DNA of 64,000 bases from Eledone cirrhosa (GCA_964016885.1 OZ024741.1:85498001-85562000); one strand, 5' to 3'; shown: positions 16,104-30,068, counted from the stretch's first letter. A program made the numbers and translations. Notes: generated from the letters alone by a model not told the origin.

Positions 16104-16215
16104 TTGTATGTATATATATATGTATGTAAAAGCTAAACAGAAATAACAACACAATCGGTACAGTATATGGAAGGTATATATTAGGTTAACGTTTGATATA
16201 GCGGGAAGAAGGTAT

Positions 16216-16244
16216 TAACGTTTCGGACGCTAGTCCTTCATCAG
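16216..16244 (-). ncRNA. Hammerhead-like core, helix I not evident (duplicate 32925-32953)
   Basis: Minus strand CTGATGA-A-GGAC-TAGC-GTCC-GAAACGTTA with palindromic AACGTT. Confidence 0.4.
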
Positions 16245-16675
16245 AAGAAAGAATGAGAAATAAAATAGATTGAGGAGACGGGCGGATTGGAATTGGAAAA
16301 AATGTATTTAGATAAAAATAACATGTCCATTCATGTTGACATCTCCTGAAAAACTGTTGGTGCTGGCGTTTTGTGTATTATTTGTTTTTTAGAAAAGTGG
16401 ATGATGGCAGGCGTCTACCTGAAATGAAAAAAAAACGTTTTGTAAAAAGAGCTATACTTGAGCATGTGCGTAAGCATGAGTTAGTGTGTGTGTGTGTGTG
16501 TCTTATTATAGGTCCGTACGAAGCTAAGAAGAAATGTGTGTGTATATGTGAGTAAAAGAGTGTGTGTGCATGTAAGTACGAAGCTATGAGCAAAAGTATG
16601 TTAATATAAGGGTGTGTATCGGCATGTATTAGTAGTAAGAGAAGCTGCTAATGATCAAGAGAAAGCTATAGGAAT

Positions 16676-16724
<49 letters not shown>

Positions 16725-16728
<4 letters not shown>

Positions 16729-16919
16729 AAAATGTTTGACCCCGACGGCAGAGCTCAAGCCGTTTCGACAGCTAATTCTGGACTAGAAATAGCCGTCGAA
16801 ACGGCTTGAGATCTGCGTCGGGGTCAAACATTTTCCTATTCCCCACTCTACTACCCTAAGTATTGAGTACTCTGGTGCGTTATGGTCCATCTGGTTCCTT
16901 ACCACTCTTCCTTCGTTAT
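16725..16919. mobile_element. Short non-autonomous foldback element, family member 1 (duplicate ~33436-33630)
   Basis: Imperfect palindrome 16725-16838 plus a tail ending CCTTCGTTAT; homologous to 25637-25951 and 28490-28689. Confidence 0.75.
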
Positions 16920-17109
16920 CTACTATATAAATTGGAAGTGGTCGGACATTGTATATGTAGGTGTAGTCGGATAAACGTCGAAATGGCTTGGTGGAATGCA
17001 GCGAAAATTTACACAGTTATGCAGACCCGCGGAGGCGTTGGGTCGACTTTCACGCTACAAGCTTTCATGGTTACGGAGTAAATCGATGAAACCGGAATTT
17101 CCCATTCAA

Positions 17110-17330
17110 ATTGAACTGAGAATAATCTGTGAACGCAGAAGTAATTATTTCGAGAAACGCTGCAACCGAACGAAAACAGGAAGACGATATTTTTGTTCGT
17201 GAAGACGTTCCCTGGCAATGAACGGGAAAAAAGCGAGGATAATACGTCGTTATGTGGGACGAAAAGAACAATGTCATGCAAAGACAAGACCAAGTTTATG
17301 GTATAAATGGAGTCGTTAGACTAATATTCT
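17110..17330 (-). repeat. Diverged copy of the Penelope 3' repeat sequence
   Basis: Similar to ~14000-14205 (aatctgt.aacgcagaa..tgcaaccg..acaggaagacgata..gttcgtg..tttatggtataaa..gtcgt.agactaat). Confidence 0.7.
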
Positions 17331-17739
17331 ATTTAAAATAACAGAATGATTTCCAGCCCCGGAGTTTAAGAATGATGTAAATAAAATTGAAAACGAAAAT
17401 GACAGAGGTTATTAAAATAGTAAAAGTAAATAGTGAAGATTTAGGCCAGTACATGCCCCGACGGACATACACATACATACGCAAATACACACACACATAG
17501 GCGCGCGCGTATAGTTTTCGAAGCAGCACTGAAGTATTGACATAAATGGTACACACAACTGCTATTTAATACTCGAGCAACGCCGGCTACCTCTGCTAGT
17601 ATATATATATATATATATATATAGACATAGAATTTTCGAAAATATTCTGTATGTTTATAATAAACATTTTGAAGACCTAATCGCTATAGAATAGAATACG
17701 TCACGTATTACAATTAGATTCTCGATAAAAGCAAGGGAA

Positions 17740-17782
17740 GTAATCTACGCGTTTCATTCTTATTAGAAATCTTCAGGACTAC
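17740..17782 (-). ncRNA. Type I hammerhead ribozyme, antisense copy of the array unit
   Basis: Exact reverse complement of 18027-18069. Confidence 0.85.
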
Positions 17783-18026
17783 ATATCCAGTGCTTTTATC
17801 GAGAATGACACAGCTAGAGACTTATAGAATACTTAGCTGTGTACAGGAACTGGTTTGAAAGAGCGGTTGCCGGTCCGGCAGAAATTAGAAATTGGAATAA
17901 ATGCTCTGAAATAGCGATATATATGTGAATATAGACATAGAATATTCGAAAATATTCTGTATGTTTATACAGCTAAGTATTCTATAAGTCTCTAGCTGTG
18001 TCATTCTCGATAAAAGCACTGGATAT

Positions 18027-18069
18027 GTAGTCCTGAAGATTTCTAATAAGAATGAAACGCGTAGATTAC
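18027..18069 (+). ncRNA. Type I hammerhead ribozyme (further copies start at 18337, 18647, 18957, 19267, 19577)
   Basis: GTAGTC-CTGAAGA-tTTCTaataAGAAt-GAAA-CGCG-TA-GATTAC. Helix I is GTAGTC/GATTAC, helix III is palindromic ACGCGT, and predicted cleavage is after GUA at 18063. The motif is enclosed by a 15-bp stem TTCTCGATAAAAGCA/TGCTTTTATCGAGAA. Confidence 0.85.
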
Positions 18070-20449
18070 TTCCCTTGCTTTTATCGAGAATCTAATTGTA
18101 ATACGTGACGTATTCTATTCTATAGCGATTAGGTCTTCAAAATGTTTATTATAAACATACAGAATATTTTCGAATATTCTATGTCTATATTCACATATAT
18201 ATCGCTATTTCAGAGCATTTATTCCAATTTCTAATTTCTGCCGGACCGGCAACCGCTCTTTCAAACCAGTTCCTGTACACAGCTAAGTATTCTATAAGTC
18301 TCTAGCTGTGTCATTCTCGATAAAAGCACTGGATATGTAGTCCTGAAGATTTCTAATAAGAATGAAACGCGTAGATTACTTCCCTTGCTTTTATCGAGAA
18401 TCTAATTGTAATACGTGACGTATTCTATTCTATAGCGATTAGGTCTTCAAAATGTTTATTATAAACATACAGAATATTTTCGAATATTCTATGTCTATAT
18501 TCACATATATATCGCTATTTCAGAGCATTTATTCCAATTTCTAATTTCTGCCGGACCGGCATCCGCTCTTTCAAACCAGTTCCTGTACACAGCTAAGTAT
18601 TCTATAAGTCTCTAGCTGTGTCATTCTCGATAAAAGCACTGGATATGTAGTCCTGAAGATTTCTAATAAGAATGAAACGCGTAGATTACTTCCCTTGCTT
18701 TTATCGAGAATCTAATTGTAATACGTGACGTATTCTATTCTATAGCGATTAGGTCTTCAAAATGTTTATTATAAACATACAGAATATTTTCGAATATTCT
18801 ATGTCTATATTCACATATATATCGCTATTTCAGAGCATTTATTCCAATTTCTAATTTCTGCCGGACCGGCAACCGCTCTTTCAAACCAGTTCCTGTACAC
18901 AGCTAAGTATTCTATAAGTCTCTAGCTGTGTCATTCTCGATAAAAGCACTGGATATGTAGTCCTGAAGATTTCTAATAAGAATGAAACACGTAGATTACT
19001 TCCCTTGCTTTTATCGAGAATCTAATTGTAATACGTGACGTATTCTATTCTATAGCGATTAGGTCTTCAAAATGTTTATTATAAACATACAGAATATTTT
19101 CGAATATTCTATGTCTATATTCACATATATATCGCTATTTCAGAGCATTTATTCCAATTTCTAATTTCTGCCGGACCGGCATCCGCTCTTTCAAACCAGT
19201 TCCTGTACACAGCTAAGTATTCTATAAGTCTCTAGCTGTGTCATTCTCGATAAAAGCACTGGATATGTAGTCCTGAAGATTTCTAATAAGAATGAAACGC
19301 GTAGATTACTTCCCTTGCTTTTATCGAGAATCTAATTGTAATACGTGACGTATTCTATTCTATAGCGATTAGGTCTTCAAAATGTTTATTATAAACATAC
19401 AGAATATTTTCGAATATTCTATGTCTATATTCACATATATATCGCTATTTCAGAGCATTTATTCCAATTTCTAATTTCTGCCGGACCGGCAACCGCTCTT
19501 TCAAACCAGTTCCTGTACACAGCTAAGTATTCTATAAGTCTCTAGCTGTGTCATTCTCGATAAAAGCACTGGATATGTAGTCCTGAAGATTTCTAATAAG
19601 AATGAAACGCGTAGATTACTTCCCTTGCTTTTATCGAGAATCTAATTGTAATACGTGACGTATTCTATTCTATAGCGATTAGGTCTTCAAAATGTTTATT
19701 ATAAACATACAGAATATTTTCGAATATTCTATGTCTATATTCACATATATATCGCTATTTCAGAGCATTTATTCCAATTTCTAATATATATATATATATA
19801 TGTAAGGGGGGGGGGGCGTGTGTGTATATAAATTTCTCTATATATATGCGTGTGTGTGTGTGTCTGTGTGTGTATGCGTGTGTGTTGTGTATTATCAGAA
19901 AATGCACACAGATAAATAGTTATATAAGACGAACAAACAGCGGCATCTCTACCTTTTAAACCACCATGCAGCATGCAATTTCGCATATTAGGTTGGTATT
20001 GTACATCTAATGCCAGTTTGCGTAACAGATTAGACAGCCGCTCTGTTGGCGATATGCATGTAAGACAATAACAAAACAAATCGACAGAAAATTTTACAGG
20101 TTTCTTTCGACAAAAACAGAAATAGAAATATTAAAGTTTTACGCCTAGAAATAAATAGACAAGGGATATAGCATGTCAAATGTGCATCTTGTTAACACAG
20201 GAATATATTGAAAATATAGTCTTTCTTCAAAAGAATGGCGAGCTTAATAAAATGCGTCCGTTACATACTAAGATTGAGAATTAAGACAGAAAGACGGGAT
20301 GAGGGAAAGGAAAAAGAAATGAGTGAAACAAAGGGAATTCATGGAAGAGGGAGGAAGAGAGAGAGGGGGTCGAGAGAGAACAAAGAAGAAATAGAAAGAA
20401 AATCTTATTGTGTCCACAAGAGTGTTAGCTACAAAGCTTGGCTAGAAGT

Positions 20450-21235
20450 GGTTCTGCCACAGCTGAACACATTGCTGTGCTTCCTTATTAAACTCTGCCA
20501 AGTCCAATGCTGTGCAGGGGTGTTGCATCAGGGGGCATATCAGGAGGTGCTGCGTAGTCTGTGATTCGCAGTCACACACGACGTTCTCGTCCTTTAAATA
20601 TCCCCATTTTAAATATCCCAGATTTTAATCTGTTGAGGAATTTCCACACTGCATAGTTTGAATCTGCTCCAGGGGGCAGTGCCTTGCTCACCTTTAGCTC
20701 CATTGTTGTTACAGATGGAAGGTCAAGTTTTTCTTCCTAGTCAGTGACTCTTTCACTACTTATGTTAGATGTTCCAAAGGGTGTAACACTCTTTAGGAAA
20801 CCTTTAGAGGATTTAAGGTGGTTTTTTTGCTGGCACATGGCCGAAGAGAGGATGTGTTTTATCTGTAGTCTGTTGTTGACGCTCTTTCTTGCTTGCAGCA
20901 CTTTGTCGTATCTCTGGTGGGGCTATGGCTGCCAGGTTATGCAGACAGTCAGTATGTCAGGCAGCCTGTGATGAGGCGACAGCTAACATTGAGGGCGGAA
21001 TCTAGCTTCTGGGCATGTACAGCTCGCCGCCATACTGGGCATGCATACTCGGTAGCTGAGTAACAGAGAGCTAGTGCAGTTGACTTCAGAGTTTGCACCC
21101 CAGGTTGTACCAGTGAGCCTGTGGGTGATGTTGTTCCTCACATTCACTTTGCACTTGGTCTTCTCAATGTGGATCTTAAAAGAGAGACACCTGTTCAGGG
21201 TTACACCTAGATAGACTGGGTGCTCACTGAAAGTA
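20450..21235 (-). pseudogene. Degraded LINE RT C-terminal relic, possibly Daphne/L2-group (duplicate ~35015-35800)
   Basis: HPVYLGVTLNRCLSFKIHIEKTKCKVNVRNNITHRLTGTTWGA, followed by frameshifted PVW and RLITGCL motifs. Confidence 0.7.
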
Positions 21236-21714
21236 AGGTTAAAGTAATGCAAATAGAAACCGTGGCCGAGAAAAAGACGTGTAGCATCATATACAAATAA
21301 ATATACAATCAGTAGAAAATGCACACATAAAAACAGATGCGCATGACGAACAGACAACTGCATCTCTACATCATCAGCCACCTTGCATACGAGCAATATC
21401 GCGCATTGGGGTGGTATTGCACTTGTAATGCCAGATTGCACAACAGACTCGAAAACAGCTTGTTTATGACATGCATGTGAGGTGACAACAAATCAAAAAA
21501 TGGACGGAAAAGTTTTACGGGCATCCTTCGACAGAAAACATAGAGAGAGACGGGAGAGAAACACACGTAGACTCAAGCACACACACACATACACACACAT
21601 ATCACAAAATATATATTAAAATAAACTCAATCTTATTATACCATAATGAATATTAAGGGCTAAAATCCAAAATTTGAGAACATCATTTACAAATTCTTTT
21701 TTAGGTATAATATT

Positions 21715-21900
21715 TGTTTTACTTTTGGCACAAGGCCAGCAATTAACCTACTGCATTACTGGTATTTTATTTTATCGACCAGTCAGGATGAAAGGCAAAG
21801 CTAACCTCGGCAGGATTTGAGCTCAGAACATAAAGGGCCAAAGCACTATGTGGCAAAGCATGGTGTCTGACGCTCTACCGATACTGTTAATCCACCACCC
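21715..21900 (-). mobile_element. tRNA-derived SINE (duplicate ~36280-36465)
   Basis: Reverse-complement homolog of 25055-25240: tttgcctttcatcc..ggtcgataaaataaa and 3' gctggccttgtgccaaaagt. Confidence 0.75.
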
Positions 21901-22712
21901 ATTTTTTTTTTAGGTGTAATAATACATATATATAGTAGAAGAAAGTATAGTAAGCAAAAGTACATTGTAACTGACACCATTAAACAAAAAAGGCCGTGAA
22001 AGCATGTGGCAGGTGTTCTGTCGTGAAAAATGTGGCTGATGTTATGTTTACTTAACATCTAATAAGCGTCTACCCTCGAATCGGGTAGTTACTAGTAATC
22101 CTATCTTTTGTATCTGTATATGTTCTATCGCTAGTTGGGTACATACAACTTTGAAAAAGATTACTATATACAGCAGGCTTGAACATATCCGTAGATAGGG
22201 AGGAGGCTATATTATTTTCCACCTGGCCTAGGCTTATTACAAGCCTTGCACATTTCTGATGAAGTAAGATGTATTTTTCGTCACTATTTGCACTGGGAAT
22301 ACAAATAGTGGCCTGGTTTATCATCACCATTGCACCGGGTCTGCAAATTGTGGAGATATATTTACGTCTGAATTGAGAGAGAATCAATATGACTTCGACT
22401 GAGCAGACATATGACTGCGTCACCTGGCAACAGGTGGTGGAGGAGAAAATAGAAAATACGATTAGAACTGTCATGCATTCGAACTTTTTGACCTCATCTA
22501 TTATGATACGAAGTCATGATTTGAATTTGTGACCTCAGATCTTGTTAGAAAATCAGGTTAAACCTGTTACCTGTTGAAATATATATATAAATTTGAGTAT
22601 GTGTTGGTTATTTACCAAGACTTCAGTATGCAGGGTAGAACACTCAACGAAGTACGCAGATGGTGTAATTTAAAAACAAGAAGTGTAATTCAACAGGTCA
22701 AAATTAACTTCA

Positions 22713-22769
22713 CTGTCATATATATTTCGGTGATAACCATTATTCAACAGCTATGACCTCATCAGACAG
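22713..22769 (-). ncRNA. Type I hammerhead motif, probably inactive with G at the cleavage position (duplicate 37278-37334), within dispersed repeat ~22585-22780
   Basis: Minus strand CTGT-CTGATGA-GGTCATAGC..GGTTATCACC-GAAA-TATATA-TG-ACAG. Same family as 50790-50844 and ~62315-62365. Confidence 0.6.
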
Positions 22770-23310
22770 CTAGAACCTGAACAGAAAAAACCCCAGAAAA
22801 ACAGAAAAACAAAGTTTACCTCTGTTATTTCGATCTTTTGATATGCCCAGTCCCGAAGTATGGTGTTGTTTCCTCAAGGAACTGGTGACATATGATTTAG
22901 AATGAACGAATTCAAGCATCAGTAAAATTTACCGTCCTCTCATTGGTCAGATTGTCTCACTATTCCAATACGAAGTCTATTGGATTACTTTGGTAAGTTG
23001 TCCTGGAATTAGGTCAGTCGGTTAGGGTTGCTTTTAGCAACCAACTATTCTAACTGTAGAAGAAACAAGGGGCTGTGTGGTTACTTGATAAAATGTATTT
23101 AGAAATAAAAGGAAAGCACAAACGAGGGACAGTCCTTTCTTCAGCTGTCTGCAGGAGGTCACCGACATTTCAACGCATTCAAGACACCTAGGATGGGTGC
23201 ATGTCTATACACGCACGTGTGAATATTAGTATATATACGTATAGATACATGGGTGGGTCGATGTGTGGATGTACATGTGTATGTGTATGTGTGTGCGTTT
23301 CTGTGCGTAC

Positions 23311-23366
<56 letters not shown>

Positions 23367-23442
23367 TATATACATGTATATGTATGTATATATGTATGTA
23401 TGTGTATATATGCATGTGTTTATGTATATATGTGGGTATATG

Positions 23443-23555
<113 letters not shown>

Positions 23556-23586
23556 ATTTGTGTATATGTGCGTATATATATATATA

Positions 23587-24358
23587 TTACAGTCTCGCTC
23601 GTTCCCCTTTTTACGTGTCCCAACGACTTTCTTTAGCCGTTGCTCGCACCAGCCGGAGGTATATGGTCTTTAAAGCGATGAAATACCAATGAACGTTGGA
23701 AGATCACTGATGAAGGACTAACTTTATTCATATGTAACCCAGTTGCAACCACGCAGCACGTTTGTTTTCATATTCACACATATATTTTCCTCCGTTGTGA
23801 CCCGTCTATTTCGTTCTTACTGCTTCCTCTTTCTCTGTATATTTACCCTCTCTAACAGTCACTCTCTCTGTTAGCCTCTTCCTCACCCTTCACTCACTCA
23901 CTCACTCTCTGCTTCTACCTCTCCTACTTCCTCCCGTTTGACCTTACGTAATTCTTTTCTCGCGCACGCTTGACCAGGCTGGTTGTTCCTTTTTTCTCTC
24001 TTGTCTACGATTTCACAGAACTTATGTTCACCAAATTCAGGGACTAGACTCCTTCTACCTCCCGTTTGACCTGTGCGGAATTCCTTCCTTGCTCACATTT
24101 CGACTAGGTTTGATGGTCTTTATTCTCTCTCGTTCACGATTTCACCGAACTTATATTTATGGAAATCTGGAACTTGACTCTTTCTTCCTCACTTTCCGTT
24201 GCATTACCATCTTTGTTTGTTTACAGTCTCGCTCGTCCCCCTTATTTACGTGTCCCAACGACTTTCTTTAGCCGTTGCTCGCACCAACCGAAGGTATATT
24301 GTCTTTAAAGCGATGAAATACCAATGAAGGTTGGAAGATTACTGATGAAGGACTAACT

Positions 24359-24435
<77 letters not shown>

Positions 24436-25045
24436 GAAAAATTGAACAGGGACAGAACAGAGAGGCAGTACGATAAATGTTTATTAAATTCACGCTCAGG
24501 AGAGTGGCGGGCTATTTTATTCATAGAATTTTCCATATCAGTTGTGACCCGTCATCTCTCTCCCCCTTCTCCCTCTTTCTCCATCTTACTTTCGCTCACC
24601 CCCTCTGCTAGTCACCTTCTCTCTGCTATCCTGCCACTATAACTATCTCTTTCTCGCTTCCTCTTATTTTCACTCACTCCCCCTCTGCTAGTCACCCTCT
24701 CTCCGCTAGCTCACTTCCTCCCTCGTCCGCCACTGCAAGCAGTCTCTTTTCTCGCTCACACTGCTGCAGTCAAAAGACGTGTCTGCTCTCTCGTCACACT
24801 TGCTACGACTTACTTATATCCAAAAAAAGGTTTGCTGACTTGATATTTTTCCTCTCTTTACGTTACTTTTCGTGTCTGTTTACGATTTTTTCTCGCCCCT
24901 CCCCTCCCGCCTTTTTATCCTAATAACTTATTTTAGTTATTGTTCGCACTAGGTTGAGATATACTGTCGCTAACACGAAGAAATATCGATGATTCCTAGC
25001 AGACAACTGATGATGGATATTACCCTCTTTCGCCCGTAACGTTTT
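23587..25045 (+). repeat. Three diverged, ~0.63-0.66 kb-spaced direct repeats each ending in a CTGATGA motif (duplicate ~38195-39625)
   Basis: 23587-23728 is very similar to 24220-24363, with a weaker third copy at ~24880-25045. The CT-rich spacers also resemble each other. Confidence 0.7.
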
Positions 25046-25054
25046 ATTTTCATT

Positions 25055-25234
25055 GTGGATTGGCTATATCGGTAGAGCGTCGGACGCCATGCTTTGCAGC
25101 AAAGAGTTACGGCCCTTTATGGTCTGAGTTCAAATCCCGCCGAGGTTAGCTTTGCCTTTCATCCCTACGGGGTCGATAAAATAAAGTACCAGTAATATAC
25201 TGGAATTTGCTGGCCTTGTGCCAAAAGTAGAAAC

Positions 25235-25240
<6 letters not shown>
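25055..25240 (+). mobile_element. tRNA-derived SINE (duplicate ~39635-39820; relics ~58575-58635 and ~61250-61350)
   Basis: A-box-like TGGCTATATCGG, B-box GAGTTCAAATCCC and conserved body tttgcctttcatccctacggggtcgataaaataaagtacc; ends in (TA)n. Confidence 0.8.
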
Positions 25241-25293
<53 letters not shown>

Positions 25294-25389
25294 TGGGTGT
25301 ATATTTATCTACTTATTTATATATGGATGTATGGGTGTGCACGTGTATTTTTTTGGATGTACACATATGGCGCGTATACATATATGCCC

Positions 25390-25449
<60 letters not shown>

Positions 25450-25452
25450 ATA

Positions 25453-25526
<74 letters not shown>

Positions 25527-25583
25527 CATATATATATATATACATATACATATATATATATATACATATATATATACATATAC

Positions 25584-25614
<31 letters not shown>

Positions 25615-25636
25615 CATACATATATATATTTATACA

Positions 25637-25951
25637 TAGGAACCAGTAAGACCCCGACAGCTGAGCTCAAGCCGTTTCGACGGCTAATTCTGGACTAAAT
25701 GAACATTTATCCTGGTATTTAAATAGGCGATCTTCTCAAGGGGTAATTCCATATATGGTCAAAGTGATTGTCAAAAATCAGTAGTAATTCTGTGGTTGCA
25801 AATTAGTAGGGGAGATGGTGGCTAAACCTGCCAGTAGGAGAAAGAGGGGAGGGGGTGGAGTAGACCCAATCAAGCGTTGGTAGTGCCAGCTACAGCTGGG
25901 CATGAGGTCAAAGAAGATACACCTGGTTCCTTACCACATTTCCTTCGTTAT
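25637..25951. mobile_element. Foldback-family element present only in duplicate copy 1, with a 12-bp flanking direct repeat
   Basis: TATTTATACATA occurs at 25627-25638 and 25949-25960, but only once at the empty site 40181-40192. Confidence 0.85.
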
Positions 25952-25991
25952 TTATACATATATATATATACATACATATATATATATATAC

Positions 25992-26022
<31 letters not shown>

Positions 26023-27302
26023 CAGACATATATATATATATGTATATATATACACACACACACATACAGACGCATTCGTACACATACGCAGACACACACA
26101 TATAGATACATATATATGTAAATCGACACGGGCATATATGTATACGCGCCATATGTGTACATCCATAAAAAAAATATATATATTCTTGGCGTTTTTAATT
26201 TTTAATATTGACATCTGTTGTCTATTCTATGCTTGATCGATAATCATGCAAGTAAGGCAGGAATATTACTTTAAATGTTAATGTATATCTTATTTATTTT
26301 ATGTCTATATATATGTATATATGTATGTAGATATATGTAAGGTGGAATCTTTTATAATGCAATGAAGATTTTCATGAAATATAAAATCTGGGGAGCATAT
26401 CACGTAGGTTCACATGTGTGTCTATATTTATCAACTTGAATTTGAGATAACCTTCTCTTTTCTCTTTTTCTTTTTTCATGAGAATGCATATATACTTATG
26501 TTTGAAGTTTTATCTCAGATTTTGCTTATAGACCTAAGAATTTTTAAACTAAGCATGTGGTCATTTTTTCACACATTATGGATATGTGTCTCATTCATGA
26601 ATACTGATATTTACATTATAATACCTAATTCATAAAAATTGATAATTCAAATGGATGAGACATAATATATTTTTAATATATTTTAAATATATCATCTTTC
26701 TTTCTTTTTCTCCTCTACACTGGACGTGATTTATGTGTCGGCTAGTTTAACTGTATCCCTTCCCTCCTTAACCTCTCACATATACGATGATCATCTGTCC
26801 AAAAGCTGCCTACTATATTTTTTCACTTCCTCAATGTATTTCTCTCTCCCATATCTCATTCTCTCTCTATCTCGCTCTGTTGTTTTTCTTTACATACATC
26901 TCTTCATCTTCTTTTTTTATTTACATACATCTCTTCATCTTCTTCTTTTCATCTTCGTTTTTCTTTCTATATAACTGTCATAACAGTTTCACTACCAAAT
27001 CAACTTTTTAAATAGAAGTTGCATTATTATAAGGTATGTAAAAATTATTTATAAAACAGCTTATGTATTGTATTTTGTCTGAGGAAGGCATACCATATTT
27101 TTAATATGATATCCCAGAAATATATATAACGAAATAAATATGGTTTTATAAATATAGGTTCTATTTGTTTAATATCGTAAACCTACTCCAGAAACTGTTG
27201 TGTGCTTTTATATCAGTTATAAAATATTTACTCGTTGTAACCCAACAATTTTAAATATAACTTTTGCATATATATATATGTATATATATGTATATATATA
27301 TA

Positions 27303-27421
<119 letters not shown>

Positions 27422-28272
27422 GTTGAACTAGGAATATTGGATCCTCCGTCAATGTCTGGGTGAGCAAAAATAGATTTCTATCTGCATTGGAATTTACGAA
27501 CTTGTGCATCTGCTGTGGTGTCAAAAACAAACGCGCATGACCGCACAGATAAACAATGGACTATGCCACGTGGCTTGAACCTGTAAGTGAATTGAAGGTT
27601 CTGTAACTCTGATACACAGATTATTTATTATTAAACTTGACATAACTATTATCATGTTATATTCTCTCAACTAATCACATTTGATCATATTTCTCTATCC
27701 CGTTTTCTCCCCCCATAATTATTATATTTTTATTTTTATTTGAAAAAATCGTTTTTTTTACATTGTGTTTTCCCTCTAAATATTCGCTTATATTCCTTAT
27801 ATATTCTCTATATATTTTTTTACATATATATATTTTTTATCTTTATTATTTCCACTTTTATCCTCCTTTATATTTGACCTTATTCTTACTTTTATACCTT
27901 ATTATAGTGTAATCTTCCCCATGCCTTATTATACACTATTAATTATAGATTATTATTATTACTCTTTTTCCATTTCTAATTACCTCATGTACTTTCTCCT
28001 CCGCTATATATATATATATATAGTGTATGCCCTTTGTGTTTGTGTAGCCTCTGCACACCCTCTGCACCATACTATCGACGCCACCCCATCTATGGTTCAG
28101 CTAACCACTCGACTCCCGGGAATGAATATGACCGCAGCTAGTAAACAAGGACCCACACCCCACCCTCCCGCACCAAAATTAGACTTATCGTCCCCTACTT
28201 TTGCTCTTTACTCTCTTTACTCTTTGTTCTTGAATGTTTGGTTGGTAGAGTCCATAACATCAATCAAACCCC

Positions 28273-28332
28273 TTTTATAGCTCTGACGAATCCTACGGTT
28301 ACGTAAGGAAGAAACATTGTAAGCCAATAAAA
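28273..28332 (+). ncRNA. Type I hammerhead ribozyme (duplicate 42508-42567)
   Basis: TTTTATaGCT-CTGACGA-aTCCTACGgttaCGTaAGGAa-GAAA-CATTG-TA-AGCcaATAAAA; GUA cleavage triplet and interrupted helix I. Confidence 0.7.
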
Positions 28333-28489
28333 ATCTTTTGATGTTGTAGACGCTCTTGTGTTCTTTTTCATATATACGGCTCTGCTCCAAAGCATAGAGC
28401 TAATTATTATGCTGCCAATACCTTAATGGGACACGGGTATACAATACCTAACTCCTATTAACCTAAGTATTTATATATATATATATATA

Positions 28490-28687
28490 TAACGAAGGAA
28501 ATGTGGTAAGGAGCCAGGTGGACCATAACGCACCAAAGTACTCAATACTTAGGGTAGTAGAGTGGGTAATAGGAACGAGTAAGACCCCGACGGCTGAGCT
28601 CAAGCCGTTTCGACGGCTAATTCTGGACTAGTCCAGAATTAGCCGTCGAAACGGCTTGAGCTTAGCCGTCGGGGTCCTACTCGTTCC

Positions 28688-28689
<2 letters not shown>
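28490..28689. mobile_element. Foldback-family element with 120-bp near-perfect palindrome 28570-28689 (duplicate ~42725-42924)
   Basis: The arms are centred on ACTAGT at 28627-28632 with no spacer and two mismatches; (TA)n lies on both sides. Confidence 0.85.
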
Positions 28690-28728
<39 letters not shown>

Positions 28729-28730
28729 AT

Positions 28731-29883
<1,153 letters not shown>

Positions 29884-30068
29884 TTAATAATAAATTTGAA
29901 GACTAAAATCCAAAGAGGGCTCGATAAGGATAAATATATATCAAATATATAAGAACCGTAGAGCAAATATTTATTAAAATAACAGATTAAAGTTTAAGCA
30001 AAGATTCAGAAGATCCCGTTAAGGGTGAAAGCAGCGATTCTTTGCTTAAACTTTAATCTGTTATTTTA

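Larger units (their letters stand above)
17619..19784. mobile_element. 310-bp hammerhead-ribozyme tandem array (candidate non-LTR retrozyme): ~1.1 units on minus (17619-17968) joined to ~5.9 units on plus (17969-19784)
   Basis: AGCTAAGTAT recurs at 17971, 18281, 18591, 18901, 19211 and 19521 (period 310). There is one hammerhead per unit. The array is flanked by (TA)n and absent from duplicate copy 2 (~34310-34365). Confidence 0.88.

Noticed and set aside
22070-22474. 134-aa ORF as a gene
   Set aside because: It has no recognisable motif, and its recurrence at 36635 only reflects the duplication.
27070-27140. Hammerhead CTGAGGA..GAAATATA
   Set aside because: Helices I and II pair poorly; at best a decayed motif.
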